Assembly (NCBI GenBank): GCA_013265495.1
Contig: MU057640.1
Location: 1,807,303-1,871,302, forward strand
Direction: 5' to 3'
Source: Vicugna vicugna
Taxonomy: Eukaryota
DNA: 64,000 nucleotides
The notes under the pieces are model-generated. The model saw nothing but the letters and a program-made list of their open reading frames with translations. It had not been told where the DNA came from and made no database searches. Below, in pieces: positions 1 through 15,065 of the stretch. Each line of letters opens with the position of its first letter. The stretch's first letter is position 1. The position numbers were made by a program, and so were the translations under genes.

Positions 1-1356
1 TTGAAAATTAAATCTAAATTGCAGTTCCCACCTAGTCCAATTGTAAATCTGAGTTATATATTTCCCTGAATATGTATTTAAAAAAATCAATAAAATTTAA
101 GTTATGAGACAACATATGAATTAAGTCAATTTCATCACAGTTATAAATATTTTAAATTACAACTACACACTATAAATCACAGGAAAAAAATTCAAGTAAT
201 AGAACAAGAAGAGCGGAGGAAAATAAAAGGCGAAGTTATTAAAGCGGGATTGAGCAATAAGAACTGCACCATTTAGATAATTTTGTTTGAACAGATTTTA
301 CTTGATTAACTGAACTGCATATGAATAAGTTCAAGAGCTAAGACTCTTAAAATAAAAGGCAATCAATCCTTTCTTTAAATTCCTGGACATTCATCTTCTT
401 GTTTGGAAAGCAAAAGTATTTTCTTCCCAGAACTGACCCAGCAGAGCTTGCTCCAAGTGGGAGAAGCAGAGTGGCCGGGGCCCTCACGGCGCTGGAGCCC
501 ATCCGAAATGTGGACACGGGAGTGGCAGGAGTGTTCACAGGACCGATTCACCGACTGTTGGCTCCGGGAAATGCCAGTGATGAAGCTATGTATATCTTGA
601 GATTGAGTGTTCACTTTAAAGGAAACATCCAATTTCCTGGCATGAAGTACAGACTACTAACAGAAAAATGAGCAGCATGATTCCTGCTATGTATGTTTAT
701 CAGGAAAGGGAGGGGGTTAATCCCAAAGGCAATTTAAATAAATGGTATTTTATTTTTATATATAAATAAATGCTCTGAGAAATCTCAGACTTTAGTGCAT
801 TGTTGTAAAAAATTAGTGCAGTTTTTTTTCATTAAAGTTTTTAGCGCTCAAGGAATAAGATAAACCTGTGTCTGTTCATAGTCTCTTTCCCTGTACATTA
901 AACTTTTATACTGCTATATGTTAAACTGAAGTTTTCTACACTGATCTGTTTTTAAAAATCAAGGTAAATGGATTTCATGTTCTATGACAAAACATGGCAA
1001 TTATTTTTGGCAAAGAAATTAGAAAAATATGAGATCATAGTTTAGAAATCAAGAGTTTGTTGATTTAAAGCATAGGCAATGCATAGGAAAGGATGTATTT
1101 TAACAGAACTTTATCCTTCATGCAAAATGTTTTCTCGGCAGCTAACTTAAAAAAATATTTCAGCTTTATTTGGGGATGGAGACAGTGTCAGAGTCAGGGT
1201 GAATGGTGAAGGAGAGGTGCTTAACCAAGCCCACTCTATGTTCAAGTCTCTCCTGCAGGATCAAAGTGATACCCGCAGGCATCTTCTGCTAGCTCCTCTT
1301 TTCTTCCAATGTCTTGGAATTTTGAGGGAAAAGAAATGTAGTTATAAAACACTGGC
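1..1356 (-). other. PCNX1: PCNX1 3' UTR (partial, probably continues beyond the window)
   Basis: Directly downstream of the TGA at 1357-1359; repeat-free, AU-rich sequence. Confidence 0.85.
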
Positions 1357-1497
<141 letters not shown>

Positions 1498-1621
1498 CTA
1501 ACAATTCAGAATAAAACAAGCAGTTAGTGGCAGAGAACTTGCATACACTCGTAGCCTCTATCCTTAAGATCAGAGGTAGTAATTCAGTTTGATAATTAAG
1601 CATAAGTAGATAAATCAGCTA

Positions 1622-1843
<222 letters not shown>

Positions 1844-2156
1844 CTACATTGTAAATAAACATGGATCATTTCCAATTCATTTCTCCCCTGACGATGAAAA
1901 ATTACATACTCCCAAACAAGACTTCTTTCACAGAACTCTATGTGTCTCAAATTCTCCACTGCCTACAACGGAATAAAAAACACCCGAAAGGGCCACCTCC
2001 CGAATTCCTTTCAGCCCACCGGTAGACTTTCCTGCCATGGCCACCACAAGGCAACGCCTGAATAGAGCACAAATACCACCAGGGAAAAACTGCTTGCTTT
2101 CCATTTTGATGCTGGCAGAAACCTTTTGTCAACATTCAAAAATGTTCTAGTCTTCA

Positions 2157-2771
<615 letters not shown>

Positions 2772-4004
2772 TCATTTCTAAGACGTTCCCCTTGAGCTTC
2801 TCACCTTGAATCAGTCGGTGAATTCACTGAACTTAACATTTATACCTAAACCTTTTCAAGTTGCCAAAAAGAAACAAATATCTGGGTGTGTTTACCTGTG
2901 TGGTTTTCAGAATACAATTTTTATGTGCTGAAGCTTTTTAAAATTCAAATTCTGGGTCGTAGAAAACCACAAATAATTTACAGCAAATAGCAGTATTTAA
3001 GGTTGAGTTAAATCTAAAAATTTCTTTCATAGAAATACTTCAGAATATCAAGAATACCTCTTTAATATATCAGAAATGAAATCTCTCATAGAAATCAGAC
3101 AGAAATATTTATTACCTCCCTTGGGGAGAAGGAAAATTTTCTTCTGTAGGATACAGAAAGAACTAATCATAAGGGAAAAGATCAGTAAATTCCTCTATAC
3201 TAAAATTAAGAAACTTCTCATCAAAAAAAGTCAAGCCACTCTTCATAGGAAGAGAATGAAAAAAGATACCTCTACTATAGAAAACTGACAAAGAGCTCCA
3301 ATCCAGAATATACAAATGTAAGTAAGAAAAAGATAGCCAGATAGAAAATCGGGCAAGAGACTTCACATGCACTTGAGAAAGAAGAGCTAATAAACTCATG
3401 TAAGCTTCAAATCTCAGGTATTAGAGCGATGCAAATCAAAACAATACAGCCAAAGACCACTTCCTCCTGTCTTTCTGAGAGCGCAGGGCGCAGAGGAGGG
3501 ACGATAATGTTCAAAGCTGGTGAAAGTTTACATGATGGGCATTCTGATACACAGCTGGGGAGAGTACCAGCTGGTTAAAAAAAACACTGGGGGAAAGATT
3601 TTTTGGTATTATGTATCATGAGTCTTCAATTTTCTCATTAACTTTGACTTTATGATTCCATTTTTAAAGTTTCCAGCCTAAGAAAATAGTAAGTGATTTA
3701 TAAAGATTTATATACAAAGATTATTACAACATTCAAAAGAAACCGAATCATTGTTCAACAAGAAGTTAAATATATTAGTTAAAAATTATTAGCCTTTAAA
3801 AATGATACTTTCAAAGAAATGCTACTTCAAATAATATATTTTCATATATATATATATATATGTAAAACAATTAATATATAACAAGTAGGAAAATGTCCAG
3901 CTGGGAATCAAACAAAATATTCTATTTCAATATTTCCAAGTAGGTAATACATCATCTTTCTTAGACACATACTACCTGATCCCCCAGTGGGGAGGCTAAC
4001 CTTA

Positions 4005-4295
<291 letters not shown>

Positions 4296-4652
4296 TTATT
4301 CTTTTTCTAGCTATTGTGAACATTTAATGCTACTAATGTTCACCTTCCAAAGTCTTTATGGTTCAATCAACATTAGGAACAAAGAAGTCTGTTACCTTTG
4401 CATACTGCCCTTTTATATTCACTGCCTCAGTTCTTTCCCATTGACTTCACATTTACACACGCTATCATCTTTGCTCTACCACAGTAAAGAACTGCACATA
4501 ACAAGCTGTAATTAAGATCACAGCTGGAAACAGAATTCCTGCCAGTGCATACAGACCTGAAAACCTAACTGATTTAAATTAAACCTAATTTATGCAGTAG
4601 TACACCTGAAGAGAGCTGCTGTAATCATTTCTCTTCTCCGTTTTTTAAAGTG

Positions 4653-4745
4653 TAGGGTGACTAACTCTCCTGGTTTGCCCATGACTGTCCGGGTTGGCAC
4701 TGAGAATCCTGCCCCCCAGGAAACCACTCAGTCCTGGGCAAATGA
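4653..4745. mobile_element. MER81-like hAT-Blackjack MITE
   Basis: TAGGGTGACTAACTCTCCTGGTTTGCCC...CTCAGTCCTGGGCAAA resembles the MER81 consensus. Confidence 0.7.
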
Positions 4746-5360
4746 GGCCCTTCCAGCATAGCATACATTTTTTAAAAATAAAATTTCTTTGAACACTACC
4801 CTGGTCTGTGTTCTTCCTTCTGTTTCAATAAGGACTGATGTTGAAATGGTGAAATTTTACTTTTTAATGTTGGATATTCCTGGAAGAATTTGAAAACACC
4901 TATTGAAGAATTCGCTGCTCTAATCCTGTTTTTCTTAAGTTCTGATATTTAAGTATCTGAACAACTCTTGAGAAACTGAAAATATTCTGTTACTTTTCTT
5001 TACCATCCACCAAATAATGATATTCCTACACCATACATTATCATTTTCTAGACAAAAGGCAGAGAAAAAAATTCATGTGCATCCTTGAAGATACTACAGA
5101 TGCGAGATTCAAGTGTTGACTAGCTTGTTAGAATCTGCATCTCATAATCAGGAGTTTCAGTGTGTATACTGTGCTCCCCCTACTGTTGGAACGAAATAAA
5201 AAAAAAACAGAGTAATCAACTTGAACACGCTTCTCATATTTTTCTCTAATTTGCCCTGTGTGCTGACCCAGACATTCCAATAGTGGCAATATGCTGTAAT
5301 AGAGTTACAAAAAATTAAACAAAGAGAGGGAACTATTCAAGATTCTACAAAATGCTAGAG

Positions 5361-5550
5361 CAGTAGTTCTTAACCAGAGTTGTACATTTAGATTTATCTA
5401 ATAAGAGTTTGAAGACACGAATGCTCAGACTCTACTTCCGGAAGTTCAGCTGTAATAGGTTATATTGTGCCATGGCATCTGTATTTTTCCACAAGCTTTC
5501 CAGTGATGCTAACGCTGCTTAGATGAAGAGGGTCAGGACACACCACCACT
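5361..5550. mobile_element. MER5-like hAT-Charlie MITE, degraded
   Basis: CAGTAGTTCTTAACC start and CATCTGTATTTTT..CAAGCT..CCAGTGAT motif. Confidence 0.5.
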
Positions 5551-5573
5551 GTAAAAGGCAATCCTATGGCTCA

Positions 5574-5876
<303 letters not shown>

Positions 5877-6721
5877 TTAAGGGGCCAAGCCTGAAATTTA
5901 TATAAACAGAGGAGCAGAAATGGGTGGGATATGAAAGACATCACCATTACCAACTGTGAAAAGCAGGAAACAAAGGTAAGCAGGGCACATGTGAACAGGA
6001 GTTAACCATGTTCCACTGTCATTAGCAGGCTGTTACGTAAGAGGCACCTGCGGCGCTCTCCCCTCTGTATCCTCCTAGCTGATGTCAAAATATTAAGCAA
6101 AATGTAGTCTATGTAGTTTTCCAAATTAGTGAATTTTGTAACTAAGATAAAAGATATTTTTGATAGAAATGAGAGGTAACAAATACTTAGAGAGTGGAAA
6201 GAATGTTTGTGACTTTGGGGGTTGATTAAATGAAGAAAAAGTAAACCATTACAAACTATCAAAATAAAAATTTCAGGGATTAAACCTCCAAAAGCCCTGA
6301 GATGTTTAAAAAACCAACCAAACAAAAACAAAAAACCAAGTTAATGTTAGAGTGAACCACTCACAGTTAGCTACTGGTCACTATTAAGTACAAGCTATAG
6401 TCTTATTTTGCAACCCAAGAATCACATCATATTAGCAATACAGTGTGGACATTTTAATAAGAGATGCTACCCAAATAAGCACATGGGCTTAAGACTGCCA
6501 CAACAGGCAAAAGACCGCCAAAATAGAAATAAACAAAAAATTTAAGGCTTTAAGGCACATGAGAAAATTTCAAAGGACAAAGTAAATTACTGACAAAATA
6601 AATTAAGTGCACATAAGCAACAACCATTAACGCAGTATGATCATATTTTTTTTTCTATGTAAGAGTTTCAACTGCTTTTTAAAAGTCTGGATTTTTTTTT
6701 AAGACGTGAACCAGTGCCTCA

Positions 6722-6961
<240 letters not shown>

Positions 6962-8039
6962 CTATGGATAGAAATAAGAAATACATCTTTTTTAGGAAAA
7001 GAAGAGTGACTTCCAGTATGAGGAAAGTGTCTGTAATTATTAAATCAGTTCCTCAGTTGAAGGCCTTAAAAACTGGTTTATATATTTCAAACCAGCACAT
7101 GTTAATATTATTAGAGATAAATTACAGATTTTTAAGCTTATTCAGGTTGGGAATTAGCACACTACTGCTATACTACTTTTGTAAATTCCTCAATTCAACC
7201 CCATCCTGTAAGTTTTAGCTAAACCATTTTTATTTCCAATTTTTACATATTTTGTTTTCCTCATTCAAGTTGGTTTTTCATATCTGTATTTTTTTTTTGT
7301 TAAAGGATTCTCTCACTGTGATCAGTTAAGGAAGGCTAAAACTACAGAAAAGGTCCCTAAGTTGTGTTTCTTTTTAAAGTAGGCACTTTTCACATAAAGC
7401 CACATCTCTGGAATGGCTTTAATGTACCATTTTATTCTGCCTCTCATCTAGTTAAGGCTCAAAGCTATGAGCTGTGAGGACAGGTTAAGGGTCCTAGTCC
7501 TAAGGAAGCTAGTCAAGTCTTCCCCCCAAATCCTCTTGGTCTTAGTAACTAATTATCAAATGAATGAGTAGTTATTTAATATCAACCATGTGCAAGAGTC
7601 TGTGGAAGGCAGCATGGATGAAACAAAGGGGTACATGAAATGTATCTCCCATTCAGAAACCTACAGATTAACAGAGGATACAGGACACGTTCCCAAATAA
7701 TCATAAAACAAATCTGAATTTCTGGGAATGGTGTGTTATCAAGGAAATATAAATGCTATATTGGCTGCCCTCATATTTATAACCAAGAGGTTGATAAATT
7801 TTTACATTCAAGTAAAATAACTCATTTGTGCTCAAGCCAATTGATGGGAATGTGCGCTTCCTGGAGGGGAGACAGGTGAGAGCAAGAAGGCAATAGCCCC
7901 AAGGGTGCATCTCCAAGTCTGGGTTCACCTACAGGAGAATAATCTGAGTATGCACTGTACACTGAGTGCACAAGGGCACAAGTTCTCCAAGACACGATTT
8001 CATCTAGCTGTCACGACAACCTTGTTAAATAGGCTGAGC

Positions 8040-8145
8040 AGGTAATACCAGCATTTTACAAATATCAAAACTGAAGCTCAGAGAGGCTTAGCTGCTTCCC
8101 AAGTCTAGAAAATTAGTAATGATTGTACTGCCAGTACTTGAACGC
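8040..8145. mobile_element. MIR SINE fragment
   Basis: CATTTTACA...AAACTGAAGCTCAGAGAGG core motif. Confidence 0.6.
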
Positions 8146-8339
8146 ATTTTTAAGGTATTTTTTCATTCAGATTTTTAAAATGAAAAAAATCTTTCGAGTC
8201 TAGTTGACGTGAATAGAGCGAGCTACACAATGCAGGTGGTTTTGAGCTGGGTCTTAAAGAACGAACACAATTTCAGTGGATGGAGATGGCACTGTGCGAG
8301 GAGGGGAAAGGGCTCCAGGCAAGACAACCTGCTAGTGCC

Positions 8340-8735
8340 TCGTCCGGACTTCTTTTACTAGGCTGGTGCCCTCCTCTGTCCACTGCTTTGAGTGTTGGCT
8401 CTTAACAGCTCACAGCTGTGCCCTCTTCTAAGAACTGATGTTAGCTGATGGAGCTGCCTGAGTAGGAAACACCACACGAGGGTTAGTCTCCCCTTGTTGT
8501 GGGGGTGCAAGGAAGGTACACAACATAACTCTTGGTGATATTCAGACTCCAGAGCTCCCTTTAGACTCTAGAGGAGGCCAGAATTCAGCAGAAAGACATT
8601 TCTGCTGGGTGTCTTCCCTTGTTCTTTCCTGCTTCTATCACTTCCTTAGATTTTTCTGACGACACCCTCCCAATTAATGTCCTGCACAAGAGTCCTGGAC
8701 TCTGACTCTGCTTCTAGAGGTATGGCCTAAGATAG
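8340..8735 (+). mobile_element. ERVL-class solo LTR (LTR16-like)
   Basis: CAGCTCACAGCTGTGCCC, CCAGAGCTCCC and terminal ACTCTGCTTCTAG...CCTAAGA motifs; boundaries approximate. Confidence 0.5.
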
Positions 8736-10169
8736 CATTTATACCTTGAAATACCGAGACAGTTCTTGACTTCTGTACCTCATACACCAACCACCCTAAC
8801 CTTCCTTCTAAATACTGAGTCCGCTTTCCTACACCAGCAGACAGCTAGATGTCATAAGACGTGCTCTTTCAGCAAGTAGTTCCATTAGGGGAGGAACAAC
8901 ATCGTTGTTTAGTAGGACTAGTACAGTTATTTGAATGGAAAAGAAAAATGCAGAAATAGGCAATAATCATATTCTTAAGAAAATGGACACAAGGTTGAAA
9001 GTCATTAAGCATGCCCAAAGTGCAGAATGCTTACTCTTGCCCAGATGTTTCTTTTCACTGGGCTTAAAAAGGTTGAAAGTTCTATGTACATCATTCAGCA
9101 CTGTTTTATTGGCAAAGTATGTGAAACAAGCAGAATGTCCATGAATAGGGAAACAGCTGAATACATGGAGTGGAAATTATACTCTGAAATACTACAGAGT
9201 CATTAAAAATGTGAGGCACATTAGTATTCCAGATCACTGTATATAGCATGATTTACATTTTACAAAGGAGAATATTTATACATATAGTTTGAAATGTCTA
9301 TATGAACTTGGGGAAGTCATCAACTTATTGGCAGTGACTGCTTCTTGGGCATATGGAATGATGGGGAGATGTTAGCTAGCTCTTGGGAGATGTTTGCTTT
9401 TGAATGTTTTTCACCATTTCTAAAATAAATACAAAGAGATAATGTTCCCAATTCGTCAAGGAAATTTTTCAGAAGCATTCGAGAAATACACTGGAGGAGT
9501 TATAAGCAGATACAAAGAAAAGATTTTTTGAAAACAATGAAACTCATTTAACATTCATCGGCCATCAAGCACTGCGCTCAGTGATGAGCACGTGAGGACT
9601 GATAAGAAATTACCCCTGTCTGCAAGGAGATCACGGGACTGTAAGGTTTTCACTATGTAGCTCTTGTATACCAACCAAGCTAGACTCTGGTTCTAACAAT
9701 CATGTAAATACTTAAAGAGACTAGTAAAAAACAAAAAATAAGGAAATAAGCTGTTATTTTATGAAATGATTAAATAGAGGACAAGAGAGAATACATGAAA
9801 AGGACAATTTGCTTACTTTCTCTGAGTTTTGGTTAATCTTCATCTACAAAAATTGGGATTAAAATAATTTCCTGGCTTGTGGGTGACACAATGTGTATGA
9901 GAGTACTGCTACAATGTAGGGCACTGTAAGATTATTATACAGGTAACAGTTTTAATTTCTAAAGTAAAAACATGTAACACACTAGATTGGAGAATTAAAA
10001 ACTAAAAAAACTGTAAAGGAAAAAAGCAGAAGTTAAAAGAACACCTGTGAAGTGCTAAAAACACCATCAAAGACTATGTCTGAAACAAAGGTTAATGGAA
10101 ATTTTGTATTTTTAGTTCTCTGGGAACAGAATCTCTCTTTTACGAATCCGGTCTGAGGTCTGGTTTTCA

Positions 10170-10660
10170 TACAATAAATTGCATCCATTTACGAGCACAG
10201 TGAGATGCCCATGACAGCTGTGCACACCCAGGTAACCACAGCTACGACCTAGACATAGAACACTTCCACCCCGCCGAGTTCCTTCCTGCTCTCTGGCATT
10301 GTCTCCACGTCCTAAGCAACCACTGATGTGCAGTCCGTCACTACAGATTGCTCTGGCCTGTTTTAAACTTTATATAAATAATACAATATGCGCTATTTTT
10401 ATGTCTGGCTTCTCTTGCTCTGCATAATGTTTGAGATTCATTCTTGCTGTGGTATTTCACAGTAGATCATTTTTCATTGCTAAGCAATATTCTGTCTGTT
10501 GCTGAACGTCTGCGTTGCTCCCAGTTCTGGGCTATTAGCACTAGAACTGCTATGCACATTGCGTGTATGTGAGTCTCTGTGTGGACATGCACTTTCACTC
10601 TTTTGGGTAAATATCCGGGAGCAGAACTGCTGGGACATGTGGCAAGTGTGTACTAATCCT
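10170..10660 (-). mobile_element. Ancient L1M 3' fragment
   Basis: CTCTGTGTGGACATGCACTTTCACTCTTTTGGGTAAATATCC...GAACTGCTGG is typical antisense L1M 3' sequence. Confidence 0.75.
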
Positions 10661-11273
10661 TCCTTTTAATATATAAGCCTCTTGCGGATTTTCATGAGTC
10701 CCTAACATATGAACTTTGGAGATGACCAATGCTGATTTACATCCCAGCCTGCGGGTCCTTCACGAGCAACCCACTGTCTGGTCAAAGTGATGCTCAGTGA
10801 ACGGCTGTTGCTTGTTACCTTACAGGTCAATCTCACCCTCTTAATAGTGTATGTGAATCACAGGGCTCGCACCTGGGTTCTCACTCCGCCTCCCCCAGCC
10901 CTCCATGGCTCCCAGTTCCTGACTCCACCTCCTGACTCTCCCTGTTCATCACTGCTGTTGCCAGTCATGGCTAATGATGACAGTGTGCTGTACCCAAGTG
11001 TGCCTGGCCTGATCATAAGGCAGAGAACCACTGTCACAGGCACTAATGTTCCAGCTAAAAAACATGTAAGGAAATGGACATGGCAGCAACAGGCAAGAGC
11101 CTTGTAGGGAGAACCAGGGACAGAGACCTAAGGTGTCAGAAAGCCCAGAGAGCCTGTGCTTCAGTTTCATCTTAGCCACATGGAGATGAAACATCTGTCA
11201 TGACGTTCAGAGCTAACTGAAGACGTCTGTCAAGAGCTGACAGATAATTATGCTACATAAAGGAGTATTTCTT

Positions 11274-11545
11274 TTTTTCTTCTTTTTTTATGCAAGTATC
11301 TTTTTTTCAACATTTTTTGACTTATAATCATTTTACAATGTTGCGTCAAATTCCAGTGTAGGGCACAATTTTTCAGTTATACATGAACATATATATATTC
11401 ATTGTCACATTTTTTCTCTGTAAGCTACCATAAGATCTTGTGTATATTTCCCTGTGCTATACAGTATAATCTTGTTTATCTATTCTACAATTTTGAAATC
11501 CCATCTATCCCTTCTCACCCTCCGCCCCCTTGGCAACCACAAGTT
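11274..11545 (-). mobile_element. Young 5'-truncated L1 3' end with perfect 18-bp TSD
   Basis: CATAAAGGAGTATTTCTT at 11256-11273 and 11546-11563; poly(T) at left; TTTCCCTGTGCTATACAGTA and GGCAACCACAAGT L1 3' UTR motifs. Confidence 0.9.
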
Positions 11546-12518
11546 CATAAAGGAGTATTTCTTATGTAGTAGAGATACAACTGGTACTTTTGAGAAATTT
11601 GAAAATTTAAAAAATACTTTAATATGAAGTCATTATCTTTTTCTTTTAAATACAACGAATTTTGTCTCAATGCTCTACACTATTCTGAAGATGGACAATT
11701 CTATTTGATCCTAAATGTATATTTTCCCCATCATCTTCAAAATAGTATTCTATTTTTCACAGAGATTTTCAAATAATATAATCCTTATCAGTAATGATCC
11801 TAAACCGTATGGGATGTTAACTTCATTTCAACACTTTGGACCATCATAAAATCACTCAAACAGTAATTCACCCTTGGGGGGAAAAATTCAATCTGCTTTG
11901 ATCACAGCAGATGCATTTTAGGGAATACTTCACGAGGTCTCCATCATCAGACTGATAATTACTGACAAGTGGAATGACCAGAGCAACAAGTGCCAGTACT
12001 TAATTTCAAAATATATTCTTAAAATGATCCAGGGCTTTGGATATGCATTCTGGGGCCTCGTTTTAATTTTACTACCTTCGTAGGGTTATTTAATTAAGGC
12101 TTAATCTGTCCTAACCATCTATTATTCCATATAACATGCTACGTGAAGCTCACAGTTCAGTAATGGCAGCACTTATAAGACTCGAGACGGTGTCACACTG
12201 CGTTGGGAGTCAGCTAACATTCACCCATAGAAGGCGCATGAATTACAATCACTACCATTACAGGGACCAAAGACTTTTATTTCCAGTTTGTCACTGCCTA
12301 TATTTTTCCTCAAGTTCATGCCCAGATCAGTCACTCTCTAATGTTAAGATTCAACTTTACTGTTAGAAACACAGGTTCCAGCTCATAAGATTTAATATTG
12401 TGCCATCACTCATGTTTTTCTTTGTTTTAAATCAGAGTATTTCTCAAAAGGCTGGTTCCTAAGAAACGTAATTTGGAAGTCAAGTGAAGAAGTACCACTG
12501 AACACCAGTAATGCATTA

Positions 12519-12710
<192 letters not shown>

Positions 12711-13231
12711 TTACACATTTTGACAAAGATCTTCCATCACAGTGATTCTAACATCTGGTTATGCATCAGAATCATCAGGGAGTGTTCTGAAAACACAGAG
12801 GCGAAGAACGAATGTCAGCACCCCTGAGTCAGAATCACAAGGGGCTGCTCGACCTGGGACCCCTGTTTATGAACCACTATAATAGCGAGTCCATGAAAAT
12901 GAACAACAGGCAAAGTGTCTACAAGTTAAAAGAAATTAAGGAGGGCTTAATGGAAAACATGTAGGAATCACAGAAGAAACATAAAACCTATGGTATTACT
13001 TAATTCAAATTCATCCGGATTTATAGGCAAGAAAACCAGTTTATATTAGAGTCTCAAAGTCTAATGTACCATTATATTAAAAGTATAAATGCTGTGAACA
13101 AATGTAAGGACATACAGAAAAATAAAAAAAGGTGAATTGTTAGAAAAATAGATCTATACAGGAGAGACCAACCATATGTTATGGGGTGATTATTTTTTAA
13201 AATGTCTTAAATCCATAAAATTCTCGTTTTC

Positions 13232-13353
13232 TTGGGGGAGGGGGAGGTAGTTAAGTTTATTTATTTATTTATTTTTAGCGGAGGTACTGGGGATTGAACC
13301 CAGAACCTCATGCATACTAGGCATACACTCTATCACTGAGCTATACCTCCCCC
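13232..13353 (-). mobile_element. tRNA-derived SINE (camelid Vic-1 type)
   Basis: Reverse complement of GGTATAGCTCAGTG..TAGAGTG..GGTTCAATCCCCAGTACCTCC; TSD AAAATTCTC(G/A)TTTTC at 13217-13231 and 13357-13371. Confidence 0.88.
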
Positions 13354-13550
13354 AACAAAATTCTCATTTTCAATGGTTGCCCAAATGTGTGAATTTTAAA
13401 AGCCAGATCTGTTAACCACTTAGAACTCTACTATGTTCAGCAAAAAAGATCTATACAATACAATATCTGAAGACACAGTTGCAATAAATTAGCATAGAAT
13501 GCTTTCATAAAAAAAGATTTTGCATTTTTCGGATAGAAATACCTTCCTTA

Positions 13551-13968
<418 letters not shown>

Positions 13969-13972
<4 letters not shown>

Positions 13973-14112
13973 AAGAAGGGGAGGGAGGGAGGGAGGAAGA
14001 AAGGAAGGAAGGGAGGAAGAAAGGAAGGAAGGAAGAAAGGAAAGAAAGGAGAGAAAGAGAAAGAAAGAGAAAGAGAGAGAGAAAGAGAATTAAAGAAAGA
14101 GAGAGCAGAAGA
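13969..14112 (+). repeat. Polypurine (GGAA/GAAA/GA)n tract, likely derived from the L1 tail
   Basis: About 140 nt almost entirely A/G, directly after the L1 3' end. Confidence 0.9.
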
Positions 14113-14713
14113 GCACTGGTTACCAGAAAGGTATATAAGTCACAAATCAGAAGACATCTATTTAATAAATCACAGAGGTTAAGGAACTCAACTAGTATAC
14201 TTTCTAACTCTTCAAATAAAATTTCTAATGAAAAGAAACTTAATAAAACAGCATAAAATGAAGTATGAATGTGTATGAGGAAGTTCTTTGGAATCTTTAA
14301 ATGAAATCTAATACTTTATGATACTGGAACATTTTTTAAAAATAGCTATATTGCGGAGTATTAGGGTCTTAGCTAAACATCTCAAAGTACTTGTTGATAC
14401 ACATCAGTACTGATACTGTTCTCTCCTGAAGATACAACATTCTACTAATCAGTTATTTCTGGACTTAACTTGGCAAGCAGGCTATCAGTGACAGCTGCAT
14501 TAGCCTATTAGTGACTATAACCATAGTAAAGAAAGTCAGATTGTTTTCTGTAGAATATTGCTTCCCCTCAAACTTTTAATTTTTTAAACAACTGCATACT
14601 TTGATTACTAATATACTTATCATATATATGAAATATATACTTTAATAATTACATGCATATATATACACACACAAACAAAATGGTATACCTTATATAATAC
14701 TAAAGAAAATTTT

Positions 14714-14860
14714 GAGGGGAGGGTATAGCTGAGCAGTAGAGTGCGTGCTTAGCATGTACAAGGTCTTGGGTTCAATCCCCAGTACCTCCATTAAATAAAT
14801 AAATAAAATAAAAATAAACCAAATTACTACCCCTTCCAAACCAAACAAAAATATTTAAAA
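14714..14860 (+). mobile_element. tRNA-derived SINE (Vic-1 type)
   Basis: GGGGAGGGTATAGCTGAGCAGTAGAGTGCGTGCTTAGCATG...GGTTCAATCCCCAGTACCTCC with A-rich tail; flanking AAAATTTTG repeats. Confidence 0.9.
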
Positions 14861-14904
14861 AAAAAATTTTGGAAGCGTCTCATTTACGAAAAAACAATCC
14901 AGCT

Positions 14905-15065
14905 GAGTGATTCTCACAGTGTAATCCTAGGACACAATATTAGCGTCATCTGGGAAATTATTAGAAATGCAAATTCTTCAGCCACTTCAGACCTATGAAG
15001 TAAAATTCTGGAGGTGGGGGCCACCAATCACACTCCAGGTGGTCCTAACGTCTGTTAACCACTGA
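14905..15065. mobile_element. MER5A-like MITE
   Basis: CTGGGAAATTATTAGAAATGCAAATTCT...CAGACCTA motif. Confidence 0.7.

Noticed and set aside
347..671. Overlapping short ORFs in the 3' UTR
   Set aside because: No recognisable protein; expected by chance in a locally GC-richer UTR patch
14714..14790. tRNA-Ala-like gene (also at the other six copies)
   Set aside because: SINE heads with A-rich tails, TSDs in several copies and broken cloverleaf pairing
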